Shown in pieces: positions 1 to 13,332 of a DNA stretch of 64,000 nucleotides. Position numbers and translations under genes: made by a program. The notes under the pieces are model-generated. The model worked only from the letters and a program-made list of their open reading frames with translations, was not told where the DNA came from and made no database searches. This stretch comes from Mytilus edulis (Eukaryota), in contig NC_092353.1 of the NCBI RefSeq assembly GCF_963676685.1, positions 37,324,001-37,388,000 of the forward strand, read 5' to 3'. The stretch's first letter is position 1. Each line of letters starts with the position of its first letter.

Positions 1-120
1 AGCAAGTTATAAAGGGCCCCAATATGACTAGTGTAAAACAATTAAAACAGGAAAACCAGCTGTCTAATTCATATGAAAAAGGAGAAAGACTAATATGAAC
101 TACACCAACAAAATACAACC
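1..120 (+). repeat. Interspersed repeat family A, 3' fragment
   Basis: Aligns by eye with 15648-15780 (agcaagctataaagggcccc...aggaaaacca). Confidence 0.7.
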
Positions 121-1788
121 ATTCATGCGAGATATCAAGGCATCATTTGAAGCTCCAAGAGTCCAAGAGAAACCAAAAAAGCCATGACATAAAACAAAAG
201 AAGATGTAAAGATAAACACAACAGTTTATAAGCACTACATCAATACCAAACAGTGAGCAATACAAATCCACCTGTTCCTGAGGCAATCTGTCTCATAGAA
301 AAAAAAAGTTCCTGTTTGAGCAGCATGTCTGGTTTATAAATTACAAACCGCATTGTTTTAATTATAAGTTGGAAGCTTTAATGCTGTTTGTCATGATTTT
401 CACCTACAGATCAAGGAAAGATATTCATGATATTGGTAATTTTGCTATCTATCCATTCTGGTACAGGAGTCCTTAAAAATTCCTGGTGTTTTTATTTTTA
501 TTTTAAAATAGTGATATATAAACGTTATCTTTCACAGAAATAACTTCATTATTTTTACAAAAATACTTATTTTAGGATGTTTCTATTTATCGTATAATTA
601 GAACTCGAGGTGACAAGATTGCTAAAGATGTGATGAAAAATTCAATAATTTTTGCGTCAAACTCTGGTTATCTGCCATTACAAGTGTTAGAATTTCCTGT
701 AGATACTGGCGGATCAATAGTAGAATACCTTCATTTTAATTGCATGGTCAAATACAGGTTGGGCTTCATGGCTATCAATGCTATAGTACAAAGCTGATCT
801 TACATAAGTGTTTGTTAAAACTATGTTACAGGGTTTTAGTTGTGATTAGTAAAATTGTTACTCAAAATCTAGAGGCCACCTCTGGGATGTGCTTAAAAAG
901 GTGACTTCTTCATATAGAAAACTTCAGTTTGCGGTTAAAAATTATAAATATTAAATAGCCAAGAGATTATGTATTTTAACTACTGTTACAATGGTCCTGG
1001 TAACCAGGTTTAAAGGCAAGGTTGATTCAACTTGGCTGTTGTGTTAGGAAGGCCTAGTTACCTATCAGACCCAATCATTAAACATTTGGTGTGAATGAGG
1101 GGCTTGAGTCTCTAGCTTAAAAGTGAAGGTCATTAACTAACTTTATACAGTTGCATCCTAGGTGCATGGCTTCTAATATAGTATCACATCTAGGTCAAAT
1201 AAATTTTCAGATTACTAATAAAAACACTGAAAAGAGAATTAAGCCACATGTAAGCAAGTCTTGTTAAAGTAATGGCCTAACTCTGAAAGTTGTCTAGTTC
1301 ATTTAATACAATTTTTTGTTGGTTTTATGATGAAGTCATCTTTTTCAACAAATGTTTGAAATTTAGTTGGATACTTGTTAATTTCAAGATGGTAACCTAG
1401 ACTAATTATGAGCTCCAGAATATATATATATAACTGTGTATGTAATTCACTGTAGTTGTTCCTTTGTCCAATGTCAATTATCTGTACCTAATCTCTTTGG
1501 AGGTTCTTTGATTGATGCTTGACATAGTTGTCATGACAGTTAGTTGATCATACATTGCTGCTAATTTGAATTGACTTTTTTGTTCACATGATGATGGTAA
1601 TTAGATTGGCTTATTTTGGGTAAATTGGAAGAGGGGACCTACTATGATATTTTTTTTTCTTTCTATTTTGGTCTAGTCTATTTTAATTCCATTTATCTAA
1701 TTAGTCTGGTAGTTATAACCAGATGTTCTACGCTGTTTGGTCTTTGCTATAACCTTCAACCTCTATTATACTTGGCTTTAAGTACTAG

Positions 1789-2006
1789 TACTGTAAATTC
1801 AGAAATTATTGGGTACATTTATTATTGCGATTTTGTCATTTTAGACTTAAATGTGATTTTATTTTTTGTGCTATTTAGAAAAGTTCTGTTTAATTCATAA
1901 AAAACATTCAAAATGTGAGTTTAAATTATTGTGATTATAACCCTGTTGCATTTTTCATTTTTTGCAATAATATAAGAATTGCAATAAATTCTGAATTTAC
2001 TGAGTA
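1789..2006. mobile_element. TA-flanked MITE
   Basis: TIR TACTGTAAATTCAGAA...TTCTGAATTTAC(tg)AGTA; no coding capacity. Confidence 0.65.
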
Positions 2007-3692
2007 GACTTAAGTGGTCAACAGTTGTTTGGTCAGTTCATTGGTAATGACATTTACTTCAATCAGAACAACTAATCAAATGTGTTTACACAGCCTCCCA
2101 GCCTATTGTTTTAAATAGACTCTCTGTGGTTACTTACAATGTGATAATTACATTGTCAATATTGAAAAAATTCTCATCTCCAGTTTTGTACAGATGGATA
2201 GTCCGCCTACTTTAAGCAATTATGATCACAATCAATAGCATACTAAACTTTATTACTAAACTTTATTATTGTTATCACGGAAGTTTTGATAATTTCTTGT
2301 CCACAGTAATCAATTAACTACTATAAATAGTACTGTGTCACCTAAAACTCAACGTAGTAATGCACATTTGATGCAATTTGCTTTACGCCTTTACTTACTA
2401 GAGTAGGGGATGTTTGGTTCAGTAAGTTTTCAGCTTTTACTGGCCAAATATAATATCAAGAGATATTATTGCAAAGATATTTCAACGTTCTAAGGAAAAG
2501 ATGTACAGAATTATTTTCTTGCATGTTATTATGCCATTATCCAATATCTGTGCTCAACATTTTCAAAACATAAAGGAACTAAATAATACATGTATACCAA
2601 ATCTGGATGAGACCAAAGGGTTATAGTTAACTTTGGTGAATTGGTTTTTTGTACCAGCCATAAAGTTTACAATAAGAAGCCTTAGGTTCATATATCAAAC
2701 TTGCAACTTTTCTTTCTCTATTTGATTAGAACGTTCAGACAATGGAAGCTCAACTTAAACTGAATTTTTCATCTGTACAATCAAATTAAAATTTAGTAGG
2801 GTCTCCTTTAAGAATCCATTGAAACAATTTTCACAAAAGATTTTTGTCAAGATCATATGTTCAAATGAACAGATTCCCTTTCAGATTTTGCTTTAGTATG
2901 AATGCTCATAATACATTTATTAAATTTGCCATTTAAATCATATAATTTCCAATTTTTAAAAAATCGCCCTAATCTATTAAAAATAAGTCTCAAGGGAATT
3001 TCTTGCATAAGACCATTATATATTTAGTTATATATATGGCTTTATTTCTATGCTTCTTTTGAAATGTCATTATGAGCGTTATTACAGAAAATTCAATTAT
3101 TCTTTTACTGACTGACATATTAAAGGGATTTGTTCAAAAATATTATAATGATTATAAATATTATAATGATTATACACAAAGTATGAGAACTTAGAGGAGA
3201 ACATTTCTGTTTCTCGTTGAAGAACATTGCTGGCATTTTTACATGTAGACATTTTATGATAGCAATGTGCACTAATCAATTAATTAAAATAAGTGTTTCT
3301 AAATATAATTTCTTGTGGTTTAAAGTTCGACATAAATTGGTAGTTCTTAATGTTCATGCATGTTGCGCTATAATAAGAACAAAATTCGTGTTTTTGATGT
3401 TTTAGAAGCAAAATTATGAAAATAAAAAATTATGCCAAATCGTTAAATATCATAAATTACACAACAGAAGATGATAGCTTCAAGGACATTATATAGGGGT
3501 AGGCTTGAATAAATGGCTGTCTTTCTGCTGTAATGACATTGAGAATAACCTGCAATTAAGATTTGACCATCACCTTGTCTTTAAATTGTTTTTCCTTTTT
3601 GTCATGGGTTTGTAAAGTTGGCTTTCAACTATTGAATATCCGTTTGGTATCTTCTCAGTAAAGGTACCACAATGTGACGACATTTCTGACAT

Positions 3693-3756
3693 AAATGTTG
3701 GAGCAAACTGGTACAGGTACTATATTATTTACCTGTACCAGTTTGCTCCAACATTT
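3693..3756. repeat. Perfect 27-bp inverted repeat with a 10-nt loop
   Basis: aaatgttggagcaaactggtacaggta (3693-3719) is the exact reverse complement of 3730-3756. Confidence 0.95.
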
Positions 3757-4831
3757 GACTTTTGTCTTTGATATTTATAGCAGTCTTACTGAGAAGGATT
3801 TACATTTATAGACCCTGACACCAAAAGACTTGACTCAAAGCAGTCAAATTACTTTTGTTCCATTAAAGCCTGCATAAAGAAGGTTATTTCATGGGCTTCT
3901 AAATTGAAATAGGTTCAAGATGTAGAAATGGAATAATTAGTAAGTGCCATTTTAACCTTTGTCCATATCAGGTAGTGCCGATTGTAATGAGTAGGTTTAA
4001 ATAAAGGGAAAATAAAGATGTATTACAATACTGACAATGACTTGCAGTTCCCAATGTTTATGGTAATGCATTCAAAAATTTTATACATGTATTGACATTC
4101 ACTCACTAAGTCCCATTGTAAACTGATGTTGATGTCATTTATATTTTAATGTGATTTCAGTCTTTCAGAACTCAAAACATATAGGGAAAAAACAAAAGAT
4201 GTCTGAAATGTTTTTTAAATTACATAATAAAAAGGGTTCATAAATGTTAAAAGGTGAAATTAAAAAAAAAAATAATAATAAAAGCAGGCTTCATTATTTA
4301 TAGAGACTGTTCCAAAAAAAAAAAATTTAGAAGCAATGGTAAATATCTATAACATTAGATATTTTGTTTAAAATACCAGAAGCTACGTAGTTCGTCAAGT
4401 TCTCCTCTGCAATGAAGCACATTCTCTGTTATTACAGTAATATTTACCCAAACTCCTAAAACATTTGTTGTATATTTGTAAACCATTATAGAAATATAAA
4501 GATTTGTTTGAAGCATTAACTTGTATCTATATATACTATGTAAACAGTGATTGGAGTGTTTTCTGTTTGGATTGAAACAGCTGGTGTGTGTACATATATC
4601 AACAAACTTGGACTTCCTGTCTTGTTTACAAGGTAGCTGATATCAATGCCACAATGTGACAACATTTGTCAGATGTTTACAAATAGGTTATAGTACCAGA
4701 CTTAGTACCTTTACTGATAGTCTTAATAATAGACTAAGTACCTTTAGACTGTGCTATTATAAACTCTTTGTATAGAGGTTAAGCGCTTATTTAACAAAAA
4801 AATAAGAGATTCTTCAGACCAAAGATCTAGA

Positions 4832-4999
4832 CAGAGGCAGATTTAGGGGGGGGGCAGTTGGCCCCAGGCCCCCCCCCTTTTTGGGAAAAAATTTGGGTGC
4901 TTATATAGGGAATCACTGAAGCGTGACTGGAGCGGGCCGGGCCCCCTCTTAGGTCAGTCAGTGGGCCCCCACTTATGAAAATTTCTGGATCCGCCACTG
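4832..4999. mobile_element. GC-rich MITE with CAG...CTG termini and 5-bp TSD (hAT-like)
   Basis: CAGAGGCAGATTTAG...CTGGATCCGCCACTG, flanked by CTAGA on both sides. Confidence 0.75.
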
Positions 5000-6709
5000 C
5001 TAGAGAACGATTGATTAAATGTGTAGTCTTCAGCTTTAAACATTAATAGGCCAACTGCAGATGGTCTTGAGGTTTCATTGGGCCTATAATTATAATACCC
5101 CACCTAGTCCTGCAAGTGATTTGCTCTATTTTGTATTCACTTCTTTACTTCAACAAATATTTTCATCACACTTTTCTTAAAACTACTGAACAGAATGACT
5201 TCATTTTTGGACAGCAGCTTGACAGTGATGAGTTGTAATGTGTGACTTTGAGGATCTGTCAGGTACTTACTTCCTTTTGGCCGTTATTTTGGATATTTCT
5301 GTATGTTGAATCAAACTTGAAAAATTTTGTCACATATTTCTCTGATGCTATATAATGAATAGAATGATTCTTGTTTTGTCAGCTGAGGTCAAACAATAGT
5401 TAGGAATTGCAATTTTTTCACTTTTCTGTTCTGTTTGTTGTTTTCCTGAAGACTTTGTGTGTAAAATGCTGGATTTTGGAGGTTCAGACATTATATGAAT
5501 TTGAAAAATAATTGGTCATACAAAAACTGGTTTAAATTAGTTTATCTAAAAGGATTAGATGAAAAAAAGATCAGATATGAGCTTGATTCTCTTGTTTCAT
5601 AACAAATAGGACTGATGATATCTATTTAAGCTTCAAGTAGTGGCCACATCCTGTTTGCAGAATATTTTCAATTAAAGAAACTATTCTTAAAAAAATACAA
5701 GAAATGTGAAAAGAAAAAAATGTAATGTTAATTTTTAAAATTACAGTATTGGCCAGTTATAATTTAAGTTTTGTTTATCTTAGCTGGTAGAGGTTAATAA
5801 TTAGGCTATCATTTCCTTACTTTATTTACTGTGTCAACAAAAATACCAGATAATCTTGTTAAAGATAGTAAGAAATAGTGTGGAAAATCTTATAATGAAA
5901 TGATATCCATTGGCCAGGTGATTTTTACAAGTGTATAACATGAGATTTTTTTGTAAAAAAAATCTTAAACTACAAGGTCATTTTGTGTGTGTGAATCTTA
6001 ACTTGTGCAACATTATTAAATAAACCTTATGTCAAAATACTAATATATTATCACAGTATGATGCTCATTTTACTTGATCATACATTGATGAAACAAATCC
6101 AAGGTGGATTGAATTCTTGAATTTGATAATGCAAAAGTTTGCCAGCATTTACTTGATCATTGATGAAAAAATCCATGTTACTTTCATGACCCATTTTGAA
6201 TTCTACAAATTGATAATTCTTAAGTAGTTTACCAGCAGGAAAGATTTTTGGTCTTGAGGAAGATCTCTTCATTGATGAAATTATATGCCAAATGTTTGTC
6301 AGAACCTTTAGACATAGCAATGATTTAGTTACATTCCATCCCTGAGTCCTCTGTCATATCTGGTATAACCAGCTGGTTATGATACCCCCATACCTAGTCA
6401 TGCTGAAATCACTTCTGATCATCATCTCTGACATTTATCTCTTCACATGACAGGGATCCTCTATCTACATGGGGAATCTTCTCTGTACCAAGGATCTGCA
6501 AGGTCGTTCAAGGTTAGATGCTATTTGATAGTTTTAATTGAACATGATGACTGTTTGTTCTTCTTGGACAGGTAAAGCTTAGCTTTGGATACATTGATAT
6601 GGGAATTGATAATTAAGTGGGTGCCAATCAGTTATTGTTCAATGCTGCAGTGTACTACAATTGATATTTTTGAAATTAGAAATATGTTCCATTTCCATTT
6701 ATACACCTA

Positions 6710-7042
6710 CAGTCTGTGACAAACTGTTTGAGTTTGTCTGACAGAAAGAGAAATTTTACCTTTTCAGACAGTAAATTAATCAGTCTTCACGCTGAGTGGC
6801 AGCCCAGGCAGCCCAGGCTAGTAGAATTGCTCTCGGGCCTGTAAAAATCATATCTACAGGCCAACAGAATCTAACTAAAAATTTTAAAAAATTGAGCTCC
6901 GGGCCTGTAGATTTGAAAGTTCGCCATGAAGACTAGTACTGTTTTCTGCTATATTTTCAACTAAAAAATCTTAAAAATTCTGTTTGTACAAATGAAATTT
7001 TGTCTGACATTTTGTCGGTCAGACAGAGTTTGTGATACACTG
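6710..7042. mobile_element. Probable nested MITEs (inner element 6781-6934)
   Basis: Outer imperfect TIR cagtctgtgacaaact/agtttgtgatacactg; inner TIR cagtcttca/tgaagacta; TSDs not resolved. Confidence 0.45.
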
Positions 7043-7674
7043 ACACTGTTCCTTATGTTTTAGGTGCAATTTTATATCTTTCTAAATATATCCATATGGT
7101 GCTGGTAAAAAATCTTTGAAAGTAATTTTAAGTTTATTATCTATGGTCATTGAATTTCTCTGAAAAGTAAATGATTGAAGAACTGTGCCAGTTACATAAA
7201 AAGTTATGATATATAAGACATTGTTTTAATAAAAGACAAACTGGCTGATGAATGTAATAGAAAGCTACATGGTTATGTACCACAATATGTAGTTCTGTAT
7301 CTGATGTATCTGATGCAAAGGTTGCATTGTAATGTACAAGTCTTGGCATTACAACACTGAGAAATGGTTACTGTCACAAAAAATTAACCAGAGCAGGTCA
7401 GGCAGGATCATCATAAGGTCATGCTACATTTCTTACTATATATATTTGATAGGGGCATTTTACCTTAATTATCCGTCTCTATAAAAGAAAATACCTGAAC
7501 AAAAAATATGGTATGATGTACACAGCCTCACAGATGTAACTCATTCAATTGACTATTCTCAAATTAATGTTATGATTACAGTTTTCTTTATAGAAGGTAA
7601 TTTTAGTTACAGTTCTAATGATTACAGTTCATATTGTCTTAACCCTAATTTTGTAATTTCTTTTCTATTTTTAG

Positions 7675-7723
7675 ATGCATCATCCCATACAGATGAAACC
7701 CGCAGACAGCGAGAAACGAAGCG
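7675..7723 (+). CDS. CELF2: CELF1/2-like gene, coding exon A (end of RRM1)
   Basis: Pyrimidine-rich ...ttttAG acceptor and GTGAG donor; encodes MHHPIQMKPADSEKRS, the CELF1/2 RRM1 C-terminal motif. The symbol marks the CELF1/2 (Bruno) subfamily, not strict orthology. Confidence 0.95.
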
Positions 7724-7839
7724 GTGAGACAAATTGTGGTGGATATCAAGTCTCAAGAATAATTTCCTGTAACCAAACAAACCTATTAATCTCAAAACAC
7801 AAATTTCACTTTAAAATGTCTTATCATTCATATATATTA

Positions 7840-8078
7840 GTCCAAATAAAAATATATGTGTGGTTCCAGTGACCCTACCTTCCCTACTTTTTCGTCTTGA
7901 AAGTAGCCTACCCTAAAGATTTTATTGTCATTTTTCATTAAGCACTGTTAAAGTCAGAAGGATGCTCCCATAGACTCAATGTAGAAAAAAAAAACCATAA
8001 AATAAAAAAAATCCCTACTTACCTACCTTAACTTTTTTTCAGATGTAACTGGAACCACACATACTATTTTATTTGGCC
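7840..8078. mobile_element. PIF/Harbinger-type MITE
   Basis: ~35-bp TIR (G[G/T]CCAAATAAAA...TGTGTGGTTCCAG) with TTA TSD on both sides; a second copy lies at 19744-19957. Confidence 0.8.
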
Positions 8079-10754
8079 TTATCATCTCCATATTTGTCGG
8101 AAAAATCTATGAATATTAAATCCCTATTAAATTTGGTGGGTTCAAGGATTGATTGCCTGATTAGAATATATTAAATTTTCTTGTCTTTTCTCTCCCCCTT
8201 CTCAGCTACTTTTTGTTTTAAAATGGACTAAGTCAATCTGTAACGAGGAAGGGCTATAAACTGCATACAGATTTCTCGAAAAGTTCGTTCCCAAGATGCA
8301 TCAGTATACAATGTTAATATGTACCCTTTATATAAACTCATTCAGAAATGTTAAATCTCTTTAGAAAGACTTGCCCATCACTTGACATGAAGGGAAAAGG
8401 GGGTTTATAAATTAATATGCTTTGATCCCTGAAAAAAGTGCCTAAAATAGAATTTTGAAAATAGTAAAGCTCGAAGCTCTTATTTTAACAGAATATTAGT
8501 TAATTTTACACAAAAACATTCAGATAAAATTAAAGTCTAAAATGCTATTTAATACACATCTTTAATTTTATTAACACAAATTTCACACTTAGAAATGAAT
8601 TTATCTGAAAAATTGTGTTTGAAATGATTTTTTCTGTAAAAATGTGTCAGGAATTCTTTGATAGACAACAGGTAAATTGAAAATGAAGCTAATGGAAAAT
8701 CTACTAGTTAGGTTAAGAAAATGTTTCAGTTTTTTATTTAAATTCTGTAAAATTCAATATGAATCAGGAAATAGAATCGCTTAAATGATGGTTTGGCATA
8801 CTCTTTCAGGTTTATTTCCTAGAAATGTAATATTAACTGGAATGATACAATTCTGAAGAATATTTCGTCCTACTAAATGGTTAATAAAGCAAAGCACTTG
8901 AGTCTTTTACAATATAAAATGGCGAATAAAGAATTTTAAAGTTTTATGACATCTAATTTTCTGGTCTCTTTGTTAAATGTCTCATTGTATATTAATCATA
9001 AATGGAATCGGGATTTGCAAGGGGAAAATAAAGATTGTCAGTCAATTAGTTTTGAATCGGAAATTCACTTGACTCTTCATTTCATGTATAAAAAAACAAT
9101 TATATTTGTAATTCTCCTTTAGACATTAAGTTGTTTATAACTATTATCGTCAAATTGGGAATTCGTCAGATGTACAAAGTTATTTACTTCAAATAGAAAT
9201 CTAGCTAAACAATGGACTTCTGACATTTAGAAACCAAATTTGCCTGGAGAAGAATGCATAGTTTTGTAGATCTTTGTAATTTAGATCTATAAGCATGTGG
9301 AAATTTGATTCAAATTATTGATTATATGTACAAAATAGATTAATACAAAGAATCCACAAAGTTTTGGCTTTCTGATTTATAAAAGGGAAAATTACAGGAA
9401 AAGTGTAATTAAATCAGAGTTTGTTTAAAAATTGAGTTAGTTTGAATAATTGTTTTAATCTGTACTTGCCGAAGAAGTCAATAAAAAGCACAAGGTTACC
9501 ATGTAAATTTTTCTATTACATTTTCTAAGTTTTTAAAATTTTTCAATTACATTTTCTAATTTTTCTTTCTTTCATATAAAATAAATGTTTTAGTGGTCAG
9601 ACTTCACTTTAGAATAGTTAGTTTAATTGCTGGAAAAACAGAACTAAGTAATGATATTGTCTGCTCAGGGAAAAGAATGACTGTTTAACAAACAGAAAAT
9701 AATGAAAAAAATAAGTGTGTCAACTTTAAGTCTAAGGATTCATATCACAAGTGCTGGCGTACTTTGATCAATTTTAAAGAGGAAAATTATGAAAAATTGA
9801 AATGTTTTATGAAGAAAAATAACTTTTTTCTTCAATTATGTATATTAAAAGTCTTGGTCTTGTATTGATTTTCTAAATGGGATATTGGAATATTTTTGAA
9901 CTTTGAAACGAAGATTTTTGCACTCTCATTTATTCATGAGACAAAAAGAATATCAGTACTTCGTAAAGAATCAGAAATGGCTTTTTTTTCAGTTTAAAAG
10001 GTCGGAAGAATCATTTTCATTTTCATGTGTCTTAGAAAATCATGTAAAATCCATTAGCATTTTAAAGTGAAATTTGAGTATACCTTATAATGTCTTAAGA
10101 TGTAAGACAGAAATAGATAATATGAATATCAAAAAGTTGATTATTTTATATAGAAGTCATGTAAATATCATATTATTAATTGCATAAAAATGTGACGTGA
10201 CTTAGGCTCTTGAATAATTCATAAAAATATGAAATTTTTGACAAGTTGCAGTTAAACAAAGTAGATGTCGTTACAGGAAATATTCTTGTGAATGATTTCT
10301 GCTTGTTTGCAATACAGTTGATGTATTAATGGTGTTTTATGTTGTTTTTTGTTTTTCTTGAATATATTAATTGTCATAATTTTTTTTCAAGTGCTACAAG
10401 TACAAGTTATCAAGGTTTATGTAAGTTTTTCTCAAGGTTAAGGAACTTTTACAAATTGTGACTTGGATAAGAGAGTTGCCTCATTGGCATGCATACCACA
10501 TCTTCTTATATAAATAGATTGGGAGTACAGTTTTTGAAAGATTTTTCAAACAATTTTGAGATGTTTGACTGATTAAATGAAAATCCCCCCAAAAAAAGGT
10601 TGACTCTTCCCGTTTGTAAGTGCACAATTCATGTTTTCCTAATGAAAAAAAAAATAAAAAAAATAAAAAACTACCAGTAATTGATTTTCAAATTAAAATA
10701 TGAGAATTATTTGAAAATTTAAAATCAACTAAAAAAAACTGAACAGTAGAAATT

Positions 10755-10977
10755 AGATAAAATTGAGAATGGAAATGGGGAATGTGTCAAAGAGACAACA
10801 ACCCGACCAAATAAAAAACAGCAGAGGGTCACCAACAGGTCTTCAATGTAGCGAGAAATGCCCGCACCCGGAGGTGTCCTTCAGCTGGCCCCTAAACAAA
10901 TATATACTAGTCCAGTGATAATGAACGCCATACTAATTTCCAAATTGTACACAAGAAACTAAAATTAAAATAATACG
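10755..10977 (+). repeat. Interspersed repeat family B (SINE-like)
   Basis: gagaatggaaatggggaatgtgtcaaagagacaac...cagctggcccctaaa. Related copies at ~29645-29925 and ~54225-54400; reversed fragments at ~33440-33512 and ~37690-37750. Confidence 0.75.
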
Positions 10978-11522
10978 TATATATTCCCTTCATTAATATT
11001 TATATAACTCCAAATCATGCTTTTAATTTGATAAAAACAAAAGAAATATGATCAGAATTTAATTTAGATTTCATTGCTATTTTAGGTTATTGTCAATATT
11101 GAAAGCATAATTGATCATCGAGGTCTAACTGAAATAAGCGTTACAACGTTGTGCACTTTAATATTAAAGGCATATCTAATAAAATATTCTCAAAATTACC
11201 ATATTCTCCTTGTACCATAAAAATTCTGGATCCGCATTTGAAGAAATATCTGAAAACACGAAACAAGGGTAAAACCAAATTTTTTAGCATTGTTAACAAC
11301 AAGAAATTAACAAAGTGGTTATTTAGTCACCAATGAAGTTCACACCACCATATATCATTTAATGTCAATGAAAAGGAGTTTCATAAAGCATCTATGAATT
11401 AGTTTTCTGATATGATTTTATGGCAATATATGTAAAAACTGTTTGCTGTTTTTAATTTGTATGCAAAATCTTTAAATTGTGCGAATTTGAGATTTGTTGT
11501 AACTTGATTCAAATTGCTGTCA

Positions 11523-12244
11523 AAATCAAATCCCACTGTGGTCTATGTGAGTCTAGAAATCAAATCCCACTGTGGTCTATGCGAGTCTAGAAATCAAATC
11601 CCACTGTGGTCTATGCGAGTCTAGAAATCAAATCCCACTGTGGTCTATGCGAGTCTAGAAATCAAATCCCACTGTGGTCTATGCGAGTCTAGAAATCAAA
11701 TCCCACTGTGGTCTATGCGAGTCTAGAAATCAAATCCCACTGTGGTCTATGCGAGTCTAGAAATCAAATCCCACTGTGGTCTATGCGAGTCTAGAAATCA
11801 AATCCCACTGTGGTCTAAGTGAGTCTAGAAATCAAATCCCACTGTGGTCTATGCGAGTCTAGAAATCAAATCCCACTGTGGTCAATGCGAGTCTAGAAAT
11901 TAAATCCCACTGTGGTCTATGCGAGTCTAGAAATCAAATCCCACTGTGGTCTATGCGAGTCTAGAAATCAAATCCCACTGTGGTCTATGCGAGTCTAGAA
12001 ATCAAATCCCACTGTGGTCTATGCGAGTCTAGAAATCAAATCCCACTGTGGTCTATGCGAGTCTAGAAATCAAATCCCACTGTGGTCTATGCGAGTCTTG
12101 AAATCAAATCCCACTGTGGTCAATGTGAGTCTAGAAATCAAATCCCACTGTGGTCTAAGTGAGTCTAGAAATCAAATCCCACTGTGGTCTATGTGTGTCT
12201 AGAAATCAAATCCCACTGTGGTCTATGTGAGTCTAGAAATCAAA
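11523..12244. repeat. Minisatellite, 34-bp unit x ~21
   Basis: Head-to-tail AAATCAAATCCCACTGTGGTCTATGCGAGTCTAG with few substitutions and no spacers. Confidence 0.97.
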
Positions 12245-13203
12245 CCAACATGAGTGTAGAATTTATAGAGAAGTCACATTTTACAGAGAAGTCTATTAAA
12301 GACAATAAAGTCCGTGCATTGTTTACATTAAGACAAAATTTCAAACAGGATACTGTTTCAAGCTGTGTTATCAGTTAATAATTTGAAAAAAAACCAATAA
12401 CCGAATAAAAGTTTTGCTTGTTTGAAAGTTTATAAAAAGAGGTATATATCAAATCTTGAAAACTTGTACTTGTTTTTTTTGCATAATATATGCTGATACA
12501 TTGACTAATGATCAAGTAGTCTCTAATATGTCATAGTGTACACATTTAAGAATTGATCATTTATAAAGTTCATTGTTGTTTACCATTTAAAAAGAAGAAA
12601 AAAGATTTATAAACAAAAATTGTTTTGTATGATGCACTTTACACAGAAATCAATTTATTCTTCATATTTCTTTTCATGCAACTATTTTGACGAAAATTTA
12701 TGTTTTTACTGAAATTGGTCATTAATAAATGACAAACATTTTCCAAATCATACTATACCTATGCAATTGTTGAAAAAATTCTATATTCTGTATACCTTAT
12801 GATTTCAAAATAATATTCATATTTTATTTTACTATCAAAAATGATAATAGATAAGGTTATCAAGGGAGGATACCCTGATTTTAAAATTGATTAAATTTGG
12901 CATCAAGAGATTTCAAAATGCAGTAAATCACATTTATCTCTAATTGAAATCACTTATCACAAGAGGAATTCAAATTTTTAGTATATTTATTCAGAATAAA
13001 GTTGTCTAGGGAATGAAAGTATCTATCCGCATTGTTACATTCAAATGAGGAAAGTAATTCAGTCTTTTACTGTTGTGTGAATTTCTGTTTATTTTATGCC
13101 TTTAAAACAGGAATCCTGCTAACTTTATCTAATTTCCAATGTTGTAAGATTTCTGTAAGGTTGTAATATCTATTTATAAATATAGTGAATGTTATTATTT
13201 CAG

Positions 13204-13332
13204 ATGAGAGAAAATTATTTGTTGGTATGATCTCTAAGAAGTGTTCAGAAAATGACATTCGCATGATATTTTCACCGTTTGGTAGCATAGAAGATTGTAC
13301 AGTTTTACGAGACCAGAATGGCCAAAGTAGAG
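13204..13332 (+). CDS. CELF2: CELF1/2-like exon B (RRM2 N-half)
   Basis: AG/GT bounded, phase 1-1; encodes (D)[42 protein letters not shown](G), including RNP2 LFVGMI. Confidence 0.96.

Noticed and set aside
1616-1900. 94-aa hydrophobic ORF and similar short ORFs throughout the track
   Set aside because: F/I/L/Y-rich products of AT-rich intronic or MITE sequence, with no recognisable motif.
1-7674. Expected upstream RRM1 exons of CELF
   Set aside because: I found no GCCFVTF- or KMFVGQ-like coding segment; these exons probably lie upstream of the window.
7675-7872. ORF start at ATG 7675 as the gene start
   Set aside because: The ATG directly follows a splice acceptor and is mid-RRM1; the ORF after 7723 is intron read-through.
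11523-12244. CRISPR-like array (34-bp repeat with partial palindrome); ORFs 12014-12378
   Set aside because: Units abut with no unique spacers, there are no cas genes, and it lies in a eukaryotic intron. The ORFs are repeat translations.
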